DNA of 64,000 nucleotides from a plasmid: sequence record NZ_CP136150.1; one strand, 5' to 3'. Shown piece by piece: positions 10,539 to 20,984 of this stretch (position 1 is its first letter; each line of letters starts with the position of its first letter). The notes under the pieces were generated by a model. It saw only the letters and a program-made list of their open reading frames with translations, ran no database searches and was not told where the DNA came from. The position numbers and the translations under genes were made by a program.

Positions 10539-11384
10539 ATGTTCAGATATTTATGTAACCAGAAAGCAGCACTGCTGACCGCCATTCTCCTGATGGCGGC
10601 CGGCGTGCTCACCCTGTGTTTCCCGGAGTCCTGGTACCCGCAGGAAACAGAATGGCAGCTCACGGCAGAAAAAGAAATTACCGGGATACACGGCGGCCTC
10701 TCCGGCCTGACATGGAACCCGGACAGCAGAACGCTGTTTGCCGTGACCGACCACCCCTCCTCGGTGGTGGAGCTGGACACGGAAGGGAACGTGCTGCGGG
10801 TGATACCGTCAGACGGCGATCACGATTTTGAGGCCATCGAATACCTCGGCGGGAACCGCTATGCCCTGTCCCGGGAGCGGGAACGGACGCTCACCACCCA
10901 CTGCATTGACAGCAGCACGACCGTCCTCCCGCCGGCAACATACAGCCTGACGCTGGATGTGAACAGGCACAGCGACAATGCCGGTTTTGAAGGCCTTGCC
11001 CGGGGGCGGGGAGAGCATGCCCTGATGGTGGCGCAGGAGAAAAAACCTCTGCGGCTTTACGTGACGGACCAGAGCCCTGATGCGCTGTCGGTGAGTGACT
11101 CGCTGACACACCGGGCCTCCCTGCCATGGTTCCTGAAGGATATCTCCGGCCTGCATTATGACCGGAACAACGGGCTCCTGTATGTACTTTCTCATGAGTC
11201 TGACGTGGTCGTGGTGTCGGGCCTGGACGGCGGGAGGAAAGTGATGTCGCTGCGCCGGGGACACTGCGGCCTGCGAAGGGATATTCCCCAGGCGGAGGGG
11301 ATAGCCTCAGATGACCGGGACACGCTGTGGATAGTCAGTGAACCGAATCTGTTTTACCGCTTCACCCGCATGGCTGCGTCCTGA
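10539..11384 (+). CDS. srgB: SdiA-regulated putative lipoprotein
   Basis: 281 aa with an N-terminal signal/lipobox-like region, in operon position between srgA and rck. Confidence 0.75.
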   Translation: MFRYLCNQKAALLTAILLMAAGVLTLCFPESWYPQETEWQLTAEKEITGIHGGLSGLTWNPDSRTLFAVTDHPSSVVELDTEGNVLRVIPSDGDHDFEAIEYLGGNRYALSRERERTLTTHCIDSSTTVLPPATYSLTLDVNRHSDNAGFEGLARGRGEHALMVAQEKKPLRLYVTDQSPDALSVSDSLTHRASLPWFLKDISGLHYDRNNGLLYVLSHESDVVVVSGLDGGRKVMSLRRGHCGLRRDIPQAEGIASDDRDTLWIVSEPNLFYRFTRMAAS

Positions 11385-11473
11385 GGATGAGGCGGCGTTA
11401 CGGGTGTGCAGGAGCAGAATGCACACCTTCTGTCATAACACAATGAACTTAACTGTGTTCAGGGAGTTTTATC

Positions 11474-12031
11474 ATGAAAAAAATCGTTCTGTCCTCACTG
11501 CTGCTGTCCGCTGCCGGGCTGGCTACCGTACCGGTGGCACAGGCTGACACCCATTCCGTGTCGGTGGGATATGCCCAGAGCCGGATAGAGCATTTTAAGG
11601 ATATCCGTGGGGTGAACCTGAAATACCGCTATGAGGCTCAGACGCCGCTGGGACTGATGGCGTCGTTCAGCTGGCAGTCAGGTAAGCGCGGAGAGTCAGG
11701 TGGCATTCCTGGCGGAATGAGCTGGCGCGATGATGTGAAGGCAACGTACTGGTCGCTGATGGCGGGTCCCGCTGTCCGTGTGAACGAGCTGGTATCTCTG
11801 TATGTCCTGGCCGGTGCCGGTACCGGCAGGGCTGAAGTGAAGGAGCATATCAGCATGCCGGGATACAACGGACGGTTCACGGGTTCGGAGCGCAGAACGG
11901 GGTTTGCCTGGGGAGCCGGCGTGCAGTTTAATCCGGTGGAAAATGTGGTCATCGACCTGGGCTATGAGGGAAGTAAAGTTGGCGCAGCGAAACTGAACGG
12001 CGTTAACGTTGGTGTCGGTTACCGGTTCTGA
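11474..12031 (+). CDS. rck: Ail/Lom-family outer-membrane protein Rck (resistance to complement killing)
   Basis: 185 aa; signal peptide; 8-strand beta-barrel Ail/Lom family; ends ...GVGYRF. Confidence 0.9.
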   Translation: MKKIVLSSLLLSAAGLATVPVAQADTHSVSVGYAQSRIEHFKDIRGVNLKYRYEAQTPLGLMASFSWQSGKRGESGGIPGGMSWRDDVKATYWSLMAGPAVRVNELVSLYVLAGAGTGRAEVKEHISMPGYNGRFTGSERRTGFAWGAGVQFNPVENVVIDLGYEGSKVGAAKLNGVNVGVGYRF

Positions 12032-12296
12032 TAACGGAGAGCAGGAAAGGGAGCGGAGCCGCAGGCTTCCGCTCCCGGTCAGATATGATGAAAAACATAA
12101 CATTCAGCGCATCTTTTTTCAGGGAATTATTCTGGTTTGTGGTGATGACAGGAAGCTGGTTTGTGGTGTGGTACATGACCGGGCTGCTGCAGCACTACTA
12201 CTGACAACCACAGGCCCCGGCATCACCCGGCCGGGGCTTCAGGGGGGAGAGCAGTACAAACACCGGCCCCGTCACGGGAGGGAATGGCAGGTAATA

Positions 12297-13043
12297 ATGG
12301 AGCTGGATAAATATCTTCTTTTTTTCCTGGCAGGAGGATCAACCTTCAACCAGGGAAAGGCATTTTCATTTCGTTGCGCTCAGGACAGTATTGTCCTGAC
12401 GAAAGTGCATCAGACAGAGATGCATTTTTACCGGCGGTACCATCATGTGGTGATAACAAGGGAAACGCTGTGCCGGTTTGCCCGGCAGCTGGATGTGGAT
12501 GTTCTTAAATTTTATATCCCGAAAGACATCCCCCGGTACCTTGTGCAGCCTTGCCCGGAGGACTCTGTGTTCCGTCCGTTGATGGTGAGACTCTGTGCCG
12601 GAACGGATAACGGTCACGGAGAGACCGGACCAGAGAATCCGTTCCTGACGTTTGCACTGGTATCGGCCTTTTGTGAGCAGGATATTTTTTTCCCTTTCCT
12701 GAAGACATGCCTGAAACAAAGTATGGCAGACCAGGTGGCTACGGTGATAAACCGGAATGTGAGTGAAAACTGGACCATACACCGGGTTGCCAGCGAACTG
12801 TATGTCAGTGTCAGCCTGTTAAAGAAAAAACTGAAAGAGGAGAATACATCCTACACACGTATTCTGTTGGAATGCAGGATGAAAAAAGCATCGGAGTTAA
12901 TTGTTATGCAGGAGGGGGCGGTCAAGAAAGTGGCATATCAGTGCGGGTACAGTAGCGTGCCGTATTTTATCAGCCAGTTCAGGAAATATTACGGATACAC
13001 GCCTTCAAGATGCAGGCCTGACGGAAATTTATTTAAAAAATAA
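12297..13043 (+). CDS. srgC: AraC/XylS-family regulator; the track ORF 12009-13043 carries a spurious N-terminal extension
   Basis: C-terminal AraC helix-turn-helix (...YSSVPYFISQFRKYYGYTPS...); start chosen at MELDKYL. Confidence 0.7.
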   Translation: MELDKYLLFFLAGGSTFNQGKAFSFRCAQDSIVLTKVHQTEMHFYRRYHHVVITRETLCRFARQLDVDVLKFYIPKDIPRYLVQPCPEDSVFRPLMVRLCAGTDNGHGETGPENPFLTFALVSAFCEQDIFFPFLKTCLKQSMADQVATVINRNVSENWTIHRVASELYVSVSLLKKKLKEENTSYTRILLECRMKKASELIVMQEGAVKKVAYQCGYSSVPYFISQFRKYYGYTPSRCRPDGNLFKK

Positions 13044-13125
13044 CAGTAAAACCGTCGTATAATATCCGGCTGCAATCCGGGGCTGTAACTTCTGGCATAA
13101 AGGATCCAATTCTCAAGCCATGGAG

Positions 13126-13336
13126 ACGCCGCCTCATCCTCAGGACGCAGCCGTGCGGGTGAAGCGGTAAAACAGATTCGGTTCACTGACTATCCACAGC
13201 GTGTCCCGGTCATCTGAGGCTATCCCCTCCGCCTGGGGAATATCCCTTCGCAGGCCGCAGTGTCCCCGGCGCAGCGACATCACTTTCCTCCCGCCGTCCA
13301 GGCCCGACACCACGACCACGGCAGACTCATGAGAAT
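13126..13336 (-). repeat. Inverted duplicate copy of the srgB 3' end; the partner copy is at 11189-11398 and they differ by 2 mismatches in about 210 bp
   Basis: Direct comparison of the reverse complement with the srgB 3' end; ORF 13140-13436 re-encodes the SrgB C-terminus. Confidence 0.9.
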
Positions 13337-13989
13337 TGAGTTTGTAGCGCGTTCTGAGCAATTTTTTCTGCTTTGCTGGTACTTTCTGTTTAAAACGGTT
13401 CTGAGTGGCTCCTGTTACGTTCAGGGGATGGAGCAAAAGGAACGTATGACGTCACGGTAGCTAAAATTGTCAACTGCTGAATCGTGGGGTCCCGCGCCAG
13501 CGGCGTGGGTTCCGATTCAGTGGTTGACAACTGCATATAAAATACCCTGCTGGCGGGGTGATGGTTCACGCAGTGGGCCATCGCCCTGCAAAGCCAGACG
13601 GGACATAACGCCACTCAGTAATTTAGTTACATCATTCATTATTAAAAGCGACTCCATTCCGGCCCTTTGGGCCGGGGCGGCGGCGCTTTTCAGTGGTGGG
13701 AATGGGCTGGATATCAGGTTTTTGCTTCGGTTTCGTTGGTCAGGATGTTGTAACTATTTGCATGACCGGGGCCCGGCGCATCGCGACGGGAGGTACTAAT
13801 GTTGTTTCCGAACCGGCGCGGACGTGAGTCCGCTGCAAGGGCGGGCATTCTCCTCTGGAACCTGTCCACAGGGCAGGTGATGAACAGGTTATTTATTTAT
13901 AAGAGAGAAAGATTATGTATTTAAAAGAAGTACAGATCTGGGGTTTAAAGGAAACCACGCACTTTGAAATCAGGTCGCCTGGCGCTTTG

Positions 13990-14216
13990 TCAGTATATCG
14001 GTTGTAACTTTATGGAAAGGTCCCTTGCAGTTATCTGTGAGTAACTGAATATTGCGACCGGAAATGACTCAGGCGGGAACATTTCTGGCCATTCTGGCAG
14101 CAGAATGAGAGATATTTTAGCAGGAAGAACGAGCGTTCCGCGCAGAAAACAGGCGGCGCCCGGCGACAGACGTACAAAATCCTCCGACGTCAGCCGGATT
14201 TTCATAATCTGGTGGG
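13990..14216. other. RepFIIA origin region (oriR) downstream of repA1
   Basis: AT-rich segment immediately 3' of repA1, as in IncFII replicons. Confidence 0.4.
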
Positions 14217-15086
14217 TTATATGGGGACGGTGGCCATGGTCAGTCGCGTGTAGTTTTTGCCCCGCGACATCATCATGCGCTCTTTCACGCGCCGCTGCAG
14301 CTCCCGCTTCATGGCATCAAGCCCGCCGGTAAAGCGTCCGCTGGCGTATTCCCGCGTCAGCTGCTGTTTCACCAGTGTTTCGATGTCCTTACGGGTTCTG
14401 TCCGCGTCACGCCGCGCCCGGGCGCGTTTCAGTCCGTGCAGTTTACGTTCAGACTGGTAGCTGCGGAACCGTTCGCGCACAAATCGCCAGGCTTTCGCTA
14501 TCAGTTCGTCCATCTCCAGTGGCTCCAGATTCTGCTTTTTGCGCTGCTGATTTTCCCATTCGACACGACTGCAGCGGGCGGCCATAACAGCCACGTCAGA
14601 AACGTCGAGCGCGGAGAACAGTGCCGGCGTGAAGGTGATATCGGTCGGGATGTTGCAGCCAATCTGCGGATCGTACTCGGTCTGGTAGGTAATCAGCCCC
14701 AGCTCTGCCATAAACTTCAGCGCCCGTGTGGCGCGGGTGATGGACAGATTACCACTTTTTGACTCAGTGGCCAGACCGCACTCTATAGCCAGATTGGTGA
14801 TGGATCTCTGTACACGGTTGGCCAGTGGATCATAATGGAAGCACAACCCCTGAAGCAGCGCATCGATGGCACGACGGCGCAGCAAAGGCGGCATCCGGTG
14901 ACGCTTTCCCAGCGAACGAACGAACGCCACATGGACGGAAAAATCAAAACGGGACGTGAACCCTTCGGCTTTCGCCATCAGCTTACGACAGAACGGCAGG
15001 GTCTTTTTCCCTTCTCTCGGCGTGAATTCCGGATTCGGATTTTTGACCTGTCGGTAATGAGTGAACAGTGTTCGGGTGTCAGTCAC
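14217..15086 (-). CDS. repA1: IncFII replication initiator RepA1; GTG start
   Basis: ...[16 protein letters not shown]...[23 protein letters not shown]...[16 protein letters not shown] matches the FII RepA1 family; start coupled to tap. Confidence 0.9.
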   Translation of the reverse strand: MTDTRTLFTHYRQVKNPNPEFTPREGKKTLPFCRKLMAKAEGFTSRFDFSVHVAFVRSLGKRHRMPPLLRRRAIDALLQGLCFHYDPLANRVQRSITNLAIECGLATESKSGNLSITRATRALKFMAELGLITYQTEYDPQIGCNIPTDITFTPALFSALDVSDVAVMAARCSRVEWENQQRKKQNLEPLEMDELIAKAWRFVRERFRSYQSERKLHGLKRARARRDADRTRKDIETLVKQQLTREYASGRFTGGLDAMKRELQRRVKERMMMSRGKNYTRLTMATVPI

Positions 15087-15156
15087 TTCTGCCTGCACTT
15101 ACAATGCACGGAAGGAGTAAATGCCACAGAAACAAGTATTGAAATTTTCTGAGCAT
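15079..15156 (-). CDS. tap: Tap (RepA6) leader peptide, translationally coupled to repA1
   Basis: 25-codon [28 protein letters not shown] whose stop overlaps the repA1 GTG (GTGACTGA). Confidence 0.7.
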   Translation of the reverse strand: MLRKFQYLFLWHLLLPCIVSAGRSD

Positions 15157-15169
15157 AAAACTATACTCC

Positions 15170-15262
15170 CTGCATAGCCTGATTGGTGGCTATACAGTTT
15201 AAGTAGGCCCCGTTAATCTTTCGTTCCCGCCAAGAAATGAGAAGATTATCGGGGTTTTTGCT
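15170..15262 (+). ncRNA. copA: CopA antisense RNA (candidate); the long stem-loop ends in a T5 tract
   Basis: Antisense to the repA leader between repA2 and tap; CCCCG...CGGGGTTTTT hairpin at about 15205-15262. Confidence 0.4.
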
Positions 15263-15405
15263 TTTCTGGTCCCGGGTAGACACCTCATCAGAACCAGTTC
15301 CCTGCCACCTTACGGCGTGGCCAGCCATCAAAATTCTTTAGACGATCAGCAATCTAACACTCACTGACGAGACGATCAAGAAAGTTACTCATTCACCTTC
15401 TTATC

Positions 15406-15651
15406 TCAGGCTCTTTTAGCCATTTCCCGTTCAATTAGTAGCTCAATCATTTGAGCCTGAGTAGTTCCAGTCTCTTCACAAAGCTGCTGCAAGCTTTCTT
15501 TATGTATGTTTTGTATGAAAACATTGAGCTCTTTATGCGTCGTCTTTTTTCGTGAAATAGATAATCTCTTCTTCTCAGCGGAAGATAAGGGATTACCCTT
15601 TCTGTAAATGCGTTTCGATGAGGAAGTTACTGCATTTTCAATCTGCGACAT
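15406..15651 (-). CDS. repA2: RepA2/CopB copy-number repressor
   Basis: MSQIENAVTSSSKRIYRKGNPLS...AEKKRLS is CopB-like. Confidence 0.8.
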   Translation of the reverse strand: MSQIENAVTSSSKRIYRKGNPLSSAEKKRLSISRKKTTHKELNVFIQNIHKESLQQLCEETGTTQAQMIELLIEREMAKRA

Positions 15652-15850
15652 CTCTGTCTCCTCAAGGATCAAACCTAGATCGTTTGCAGAGAATACTACA
15701 GATTTCTAAAATCAGCGACTTACTTTATGAACGTAACCTGTGTTGGCGCACGGTTTACGTTTCAAGATCGTTTCCTGGGATGTCAGTACGTCTGTTTCCA
15801 GTCCGTTCCCTGCGCCCAGCGGGATGTCCAGTGGTTCAGGTAGCTGCGGG

Positions 15851-16343
15851 CTAGGACTGAGTCATCCCAGACGACAGCACGTTCTCCGAATTCGAACGGT
15901 CTGCTGCACGGGAATAGTTAAACGATCCCACTTCGGTGTGGCGACCGTCGCTGACGATCACTTTGTCATGAAGAATTTTGTACACACTGACGGTACGAAC
16001 CGGAATGCCGGCACTGGTCAGCAGGTTCATTATCCCCCTGCTGGCGTTATTGTTTTTCCCGGTATTGGCTTTCCAGTCCCCCCCTGACATCCACTCCCCG
16101 ACGTTTTGCACTAATAAGAGCGCCAGCCACCTCCGGAGAGGTGAAGGAATACCCCATCAGCCGGATATTATGTTGCGCAGCCTCAATAGTCTTAAGAACC
16201 AGCTGCTCTGCGCTGCCCTCCGGTGAAAAACCGGCCTGAACGGACGGTGCCGCAATAGCTGGCAGGGAGCCCAGCAGGGATAAACACGCAAGTGTGACCA
16301 ACGTCAATCCATGACCTTTCCTGAGTCTCATTATGTACCTCAT
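15851..16343 (-). pseudogene. PLD-family (Nuc-like) periplasmic endonuclease split into two frames at a C7 run
   Basis: N-terminal part 16047-16343 with signal peptide; C-terminal part 15851-16111 contains an HxK PLD motif region (VIVSDGRHTEVGSFNYS); homopolymer CCCCCCC at 16078-16084. Confidence 0.6.
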
Positions 16344-16452
16344 ATAAACTTGATTAGAGTAGTGATTTTATTACTTCAGAAACGCCGGAATCGGGGGAAA
16401 CTCGTTTTTCCCGGATTGCCGGGGCTGGACAACGACGCGAGCGGCGGAGGCG

Positions 16453-16905
16453 TCAGGATAAATTGTTATTGCCTTCCCTAGTGGTGGCACGATCATTACG
16501 CTCCATCCCGGCCAGAATCAGCACGGCCGCGTTTTCCAGAGTTTCCTGTCCCGCGCCGCCCGGTATCACTGTCACGTTCTTCTCCGTGGCCTTCTTAACC
16601 GGCATCATTATCATCACCGGCGAGCCCTGCAGCGCAAGCGTATGTGCCAGTCGGTTACTGGCATCCAGTATGCTTTTCGTGTTCACGTTTCCACCCCTGA
16701 TTTTATGCCCTTTCAGGGCGGCGGCCGCCGCACTACTGATATCTTCACTGGTGAGCGCGCCTTCATAATGACTGGTGGCAAAAATACCGTTGTGATACGC
16801 AAGCCAGGCATCCGCCCTCGCTGATTTCCAGATTTCCAGCCCCTTCTGTGCGGCTTTCAGCGAGTTTTCCCACTGCTGTACAAATGTGGGCCAGTACTTA
16901 AACAC
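16453..16905 (-). CDS. Hypothetical protein
   Basis: 150-aa ORF with consistent coding potential; no recognisable domain. Confidence 0.4.
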   Translation of the reverse strand: MFKYWPTFVQQWENSLKAAQKGLEIWKSARADAWLAYHNGIFATSHYEGALTSEDISSAAAAALKGHKIRGGNVNTKSILDASNRLAHTLALQGSPVMIMMPVKKATEKNVTVIPGGAGQETLENAAVLILAGMERNDRATTREGNNNLS

Positions 16906-17021
16906 ATAGCGGACCTGCGGCCTAGCTTCACAGCCTGCAGCATCGGGGTAAGGCCGGTGCCACGCCGTACAGACGATCTTTCTGTTTCATCCGTTCACTC
17001 ATTATACTGGGCTTCTCCGGT

Positions 17022-17444
17022 TCAGACCGTCTGCGCCAGCACCGCGCGGAGTTCCGCTTTTCTGGCGTTCTGCGCCCGGGCCTTTGCCAGTCGCGCCAGC
17101 GCGTACTGTTCTTCCTCCACGGTAATATGCTCCGTCACATACCCTTCCGTGTCATATCGGCAGGCCCCGGCTTTCATCGCGCTGAGATATGCTTCAGAAC
17201 GGGCAATCGCTTTCAGCGCACGGATTATCTTTTTGTGTGACAGCGGGATACCACGCCTGGAGGCGTCCTCAAACAGCGCCTCACGCACGCCACAGGCGAA
17301 AAGACGGGGCGTGTCGCCGTCAAACAGCCCCGGCCACCAGGGTTTCAGCGTGCTGACCGCTTCCTCCACTGACTGAAATCGCAGGTAGATGGACAGATCT
17401 TTTCTTGCCCGGGCTTTTTTTTCTGCCAGTGACGCTTCACGCAC
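17022..17444 (-). CDS. finO: FinO fertility-inhibition RNA chaperone; GTG start and shorter at the N-terminus than F FinO
   Basis: ...[75 protein letters not shown]... matches FinO; an in-frame TAA lies 4 codons upstream. Confidence 0.8.
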   Translation of the reverse strand: MREASLAEKKARARKDLSIYLRFQSVEEAVSTLKPWWPGLFDGDTPRLFACGVREALFEDASRRGIPLSHKKIIRALKAIARSEAYLSAMKAGACRYDTEGYVTEHITVEEEQYALARLAKARAQNARKAELRAVLAQTV

Positions 17445-17523
17445 CGGGCACTCGTCTTACAGGCAGATCCTGAATACAGAAAGCCGGCCGGCATTGCCGG
17501 CTGATATCTGACTGACGCGTCAG

Positions 17524-18038
17524 TTAATTAATCCGTGGCTTTCCCCACACAGACGGTTTAATGACAAAAAATACGCCGGACGGCTGATGGTAAATATCCT
17601 GGCTGTCAATATAGGGCGCTATCCATAACACCGCCGTCTGTTCCCCGGTTCTCAGTGGACGGGGCGGTACCACAGGAGAGGCCGTACTGACAGGTGCCAC
17701 TGTTTTCACCTCCCGGACAGCCGTAAACAGCGGGTGTGGTGCCGGCGGTTCTGCCCGGAACGCGGGGCGGCCACGGTCTTTCCGACGGTCGGTGTGACGG
17801 TACTGACGGTCTGTACCGGCGTCGTGCGAAAGTTACCCTCAGCCAGGTGCGGCAGTGATACCGCACCCGGCTTTACCGTCTCAGGTTGCTCCTGCCTTTT
17901 CGCTTTTTCATTGGCCTGCTCCATCGTCATACAGGTGTCTGACGTGGTGGCGGTACATTCAAAGTCGGAATTCGTTCCGGCGCATCCGGACAGCAGAAGC
18001 ACGCCGCAGAAAGGGATCAGGCATGAAATCCGGTTCAT
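17524..18038 (-). pseudogene. traV: traV lipoprotein gene split by a frameshift into 17706-18038 (N-terminal part) and 17524-17709 (C-terminal part)
   Basis: N-terminal part ...LLLSGCAGTNSDFECTATTSDTCMTMEQANEKAK; C-terminal part ...PPRPLRTGEQTAVLWIAPYID...KPRIN; each matches F TraV, in different frames. Confidence 0.8.
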
Positions 18039-18259
18039 GATTTTGCCCCTTTCTTATTCTCACGCAGCAGCTTTTTGATTAATTCAGACAGAACACATGT
18101 TTTCCCTGCGCCAGGCATTCCGGGAACTGAAAAATTATATTCCCGGAGACCGGAGAGTATTATTTTTGTAGTACAGTTACTGATAACAGATTTCACAAAA
18201 TCATCCTGCACGGGTTCATCAGGAACTGAAATAACATTACGTATGTTCATTTTTATCAC
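18035..18259 (-). CDS. Small tra-operon protein (trbD/trbG position)
   Basis: 74 aa; position between traP and traV. Confidence 0.4.
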   Translation of the reverse strand: MIKMNIRNVISVPDEPVQDDFVKSVISNCTTKIILSGLREYNFSVPGMPGAGKTCVLSELIKKLLRENKKGAKS

Positions 18260-18839
18260 CCTCTTTTTCAGCCTCTTTATTACCGGAATAATAAACCTGC
18301 CCGTTTGTATTTTCTTTTAAAGTCCGGATTTCGTTTTCTTTATCAATATACTTCAGGTTGTTTGTCGCTGTGTCATACGCATATGTCAGTGGATTGTGAC
18401 GGTACGGCCGGTCTCCGATCATTACTGCCACCGCGGTATACAACAGCGCCAGCATCCCCCATAACAGCCATCCCGTTTGCGACAGGGACTGGTCGATATC
18501 TGCCGCGTATTCTTCCGCGCCGGTTATTTTTAGCGGACAGTTTTCCGTCAGATTCAGCGGTACAGGTGACGACACCGTGAAAACCGGGTCAGGGCAGTCC
18601 CGGACCGGAAACATCCCGGACGGGGCCATTGCCCTCACCCGTCCGATTTCCTGCGCCATCTGTTGTCCCGGCGTGGTATCCCCCGTCCGGAAGAGCAGAA
18701 TGACAACAATGGCTGTTGTGGCCAGCGGCCAGATAATGGCATATTTCACGCCCCATATCAGCCAGCGCAGAAGACCGGCAATACGATATAAAACGGCACG
18801 CCCCTTCAGGCTGTTCAGCCGGTTATTTCCCATTTGCAT
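18237..18839 (-). CDS. traP: TraP
   Basis: 200 aa; inner-membrane protein in the F-like order. Confidence 0.75.
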   Translation of the reverse strand: MQMGNNRLNSLKGRAVLYRIAGLLRWLIWGVKYAIIWPLATTAIVVILLFRTGDTTPGQQMAQEIGRVRAMAPSGMFPVRDCPDPVFTVSSPVPLNLTENCPLKITGAEEYAADIDQSLSQTGWLLWGMLALLYTAVAVMIGDRPYRHNPLTYAYDTATNNLKYIDKENEIRTLKENTNGQVYYSGNKEAEKEGDKNEHT

Positions 18840-20244
18840 GTCCTCCCTGGCTGCCGGACATAAACTGCTGTGGATTCAGGTCACCCAGTTGCTTCAGCAT
18901 CTGGTCGGTGTTAAAGCCGTTCATATGGCTGTCGACTGACGGAGGTACAGGCACCGGGCTTTCCGCATTTTCATCCTCCTTCCGGTGACGGGCCTGCTCC
19001 TGTGCCATTTCTTCCACGGTTTTCAGCTGAAAACCGTCCTGAAACACCACGGTCACTTCATTACCGGCACCAATCGGGATCACCGGGTGATACTGCTCGG
19101 CACGTTTGATGTAATAATCACTGAGTGTCTGTGCCGCTTTCGATGCACCACCACCAATCCCCATTCTGAACACATCGCCCGCGCCGTAAGTCGCAGTGGC
19201 CCCCAGCCCCACCGCCGGCTGGGATGCCCGTTCCATCCCCTGGCCGATACCGTCCACAAAACCGGCGCCCCACGCCCAGCCGAGGATTTTGCCGTTACGC
19301 ATCACCACTTCACCTTTGATGCCATTCTTTCCACGGAAGCTGACATGTCCCTTAACCGGCATGTCGATGGTTTTGCCGTCCTTCAGGCAGCTGATATTAC
19401 GGGTACGTACTATCGCGCGTTCACTGGACACATCCCCCCAGGCTTCCAGGCCCACAAAGCACCCTGTCAGGTCATATGTTTTACTGTTCGGCATTTCCAC
19501 CGGGCCGGTAATGCGCAGTTGCATGGGAACCGTCGATTCATTACCGGTGACGGAAGCATTGGCATCCGCCCCTTCGATCAGCATGGTTTTTGCAAAGCTC
19601 CCGGACGGGATATACGGCAGGGAGGGGCCTTTTTTCACGGCGGCGTCATAGCTGAACGTTTTACGCTCTATACGGTTCGGCACCGGCACGGGCTGGTATG
19701 TCACCTGTGGCGGTGGCGTAACGCCATTCCCCGGATAAAAAGCGGTTGGCGGAGGAACGGCACCCTGTGGCGGGAAGGTCACCGGCATATTACCCGGCTG
19801 AGGTTCTCCTTCCGGACCGGGCGGTGAGGCAGGTGTATGCGGCACGGGCTCTCCTGTGGTCGTCACCGGGTTCGCTCCCAGGGCCTTCACCTGTTCGGCC
19901 AGCGCGGCGTTGTCCTGCCCCAGCTTCTCAATACGACGCTGGTCGTCACCGCGCTGCTTATTCAGAACATCCAGCTCATGGCGGATTTCGTCGTACTGTT
20001 TCTGCATCTGCGCCGCCGTCACCTGCATTTCCGTGGTGGCATGCTGACGAACTTTGTCATCAAAGGTCGTGTCCACCACCCCGGTCATATCCGGTACCGG
20101 CTCCTGCTCTGCGGCCGTCCCGTTGCCACTCATGTCGACGTCAGACAGGTAAAGGCCTCCGCCAATGGCAGCGGCAGCACCCACCGCAACAATCCCCAGC
20201 CAGATGTACTGTTTACGCTTTACAACAGTATTGATGCTCGCCAT
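18823..20244 (-). CDS. traB: TraB (VirB10-like) type IV secretion protein
   Basis: 473 aa; Pro-rich central region; conserved C-terminus. Confidence 0.9.
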   Translation of the reverse strand: MASINTVVKRKQYIWLGIVAVGAAAAIGGGLYLSDVDMSGNGTAAEQEPVPDMTGVVDTTFDDKVRQHATTEMQVTAAQMQKQYDEIRHELDVLNKQRGDDQRRIEKLGQDNAALAEQVKALGANPVTTTGEPVPHTPASPPGPEGEPQPGNMPVTFPPQGAVPPPTAFYPGNGVTPPPQVTYQPVPVPNRIERKTFSYDAAVKKGPSLPYIPSGSFAKTMLIEGADANASVTGNESTVPMQLRITGPVEMPNSKTYDLTGCFVGLEAWGDVSSERAIVRTRNISCLKDGKTIDMPVKGHVSFRGKNGIKGEVVMRNGKILGWAWGAGFVDGIGQGMERASQPAVGLGATATYGAGDVFRMGIGGGASKAAQTLSDYYIKRAEQYHPVIPIGAGNEVTVVFQDGFQLKTVEEMAQEQARHRKEDENAESPVPVPPSVDSHMNGFNTDQMLKQLGDLNPQQFMSGSQGGHANGK

Positions 20245-20984
20245 CAGCTGCCCTCCCCGTCACGGATGACGTACACGTCCATTCGTGTACCGGCCAGTAG
20301 CTGGCTGACGGGCTGGCTGAACATCACGGCGCGGATTCCTGGCTGCCAGAAATCACTTTCCCTGATGTTCAGGGCAGACGGCGTTTTATTTTCCACAGCA
20401 AACCGTACCAGTTTCAGGTGATTGCCGGTCCACACAGCGTCAGCCCGGGCAGACAGACCGGCCGGGGCCTGCAGCGCTTCTTTCGTGACGGGGATCTGAT
20501 ACCAGCCGGCAGGCAGCGTACCTCCACGTACTGCCTGGCTGACGGCAACCAGCAGGGATTCATATGGGGTGGCCGTTTCCCATGCGCCAGCCTCCTCCCC
20601 GGTTCCGCGCAGATCGCTGACCAGTTGTACGGTGCGCCCGGCACCGGCCCGGGGGACGGCCCGGACGGAAAAGTTCAGCCCGCGCTCCGTCTCCAGAATG
20701 AAGGTGAACGGCTTTTTACTGACCGTGGCCACCACCACGCCGCCCGCGCCTGTCTGCTCACTGTTTGTCAGCATGCCGTCCAGACCGCTGACCGCAGTGA
20801 TACGGTCACCCGGCACCGTAAACAGGTTCGGGTCGGTGTTGCTGACAGCAATGTTCGCCTGACCGCCGTTAGCCAGGGACACCACCACCGGGGCCAGCGT
20901 ACCGGAACCCGACGCCATCACCAGACCGGAAAATAACCATCCGGCCGCCAGTAAAAATGGCTTATACGGCTTATTTTTTCGCAT
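20244..20984 (-). CDS. traK: TraK (VirB9-like)
   Basis: 246 aa; order traE-traK-traB. Confidence 0.9.
   Translation of the reverse strand: MRKNKPYKPFLLAAGWLFSGLVMASGSGTLAPVVVSLANGGQANIAVSNTDPNLFTVPGDRITAVSGLDGMLTNSEQTGAGGVVVATVSKKPFTFILETERGLNFSVRAVPRAGAGRTVQLVSDLRGTGEEAGAWETATPYESLLVAVSQAVRGGTLPAGWYQIPVTKEALQAPAGLSARADAVWTGNHLKLVRFAVENKTPSALNIRESDFWQPGIRAVMFSQPVSQLLAGTRMDVYVIRDGEGS

Noticed and set aside
12009-12296. N-terminal 96-aa extension of the srgC ORF
   Set aside because: The extension overlaps the rck 3' end and has no AraC-family similarity; the real start is downstream near 12297
18985-20421. Plus-strand ORFs of 151-280 aa overlapping traB
   Set aside because: They are antisense to traB, which has clear homology, and have no start context or domain; these are high-GC artefacts
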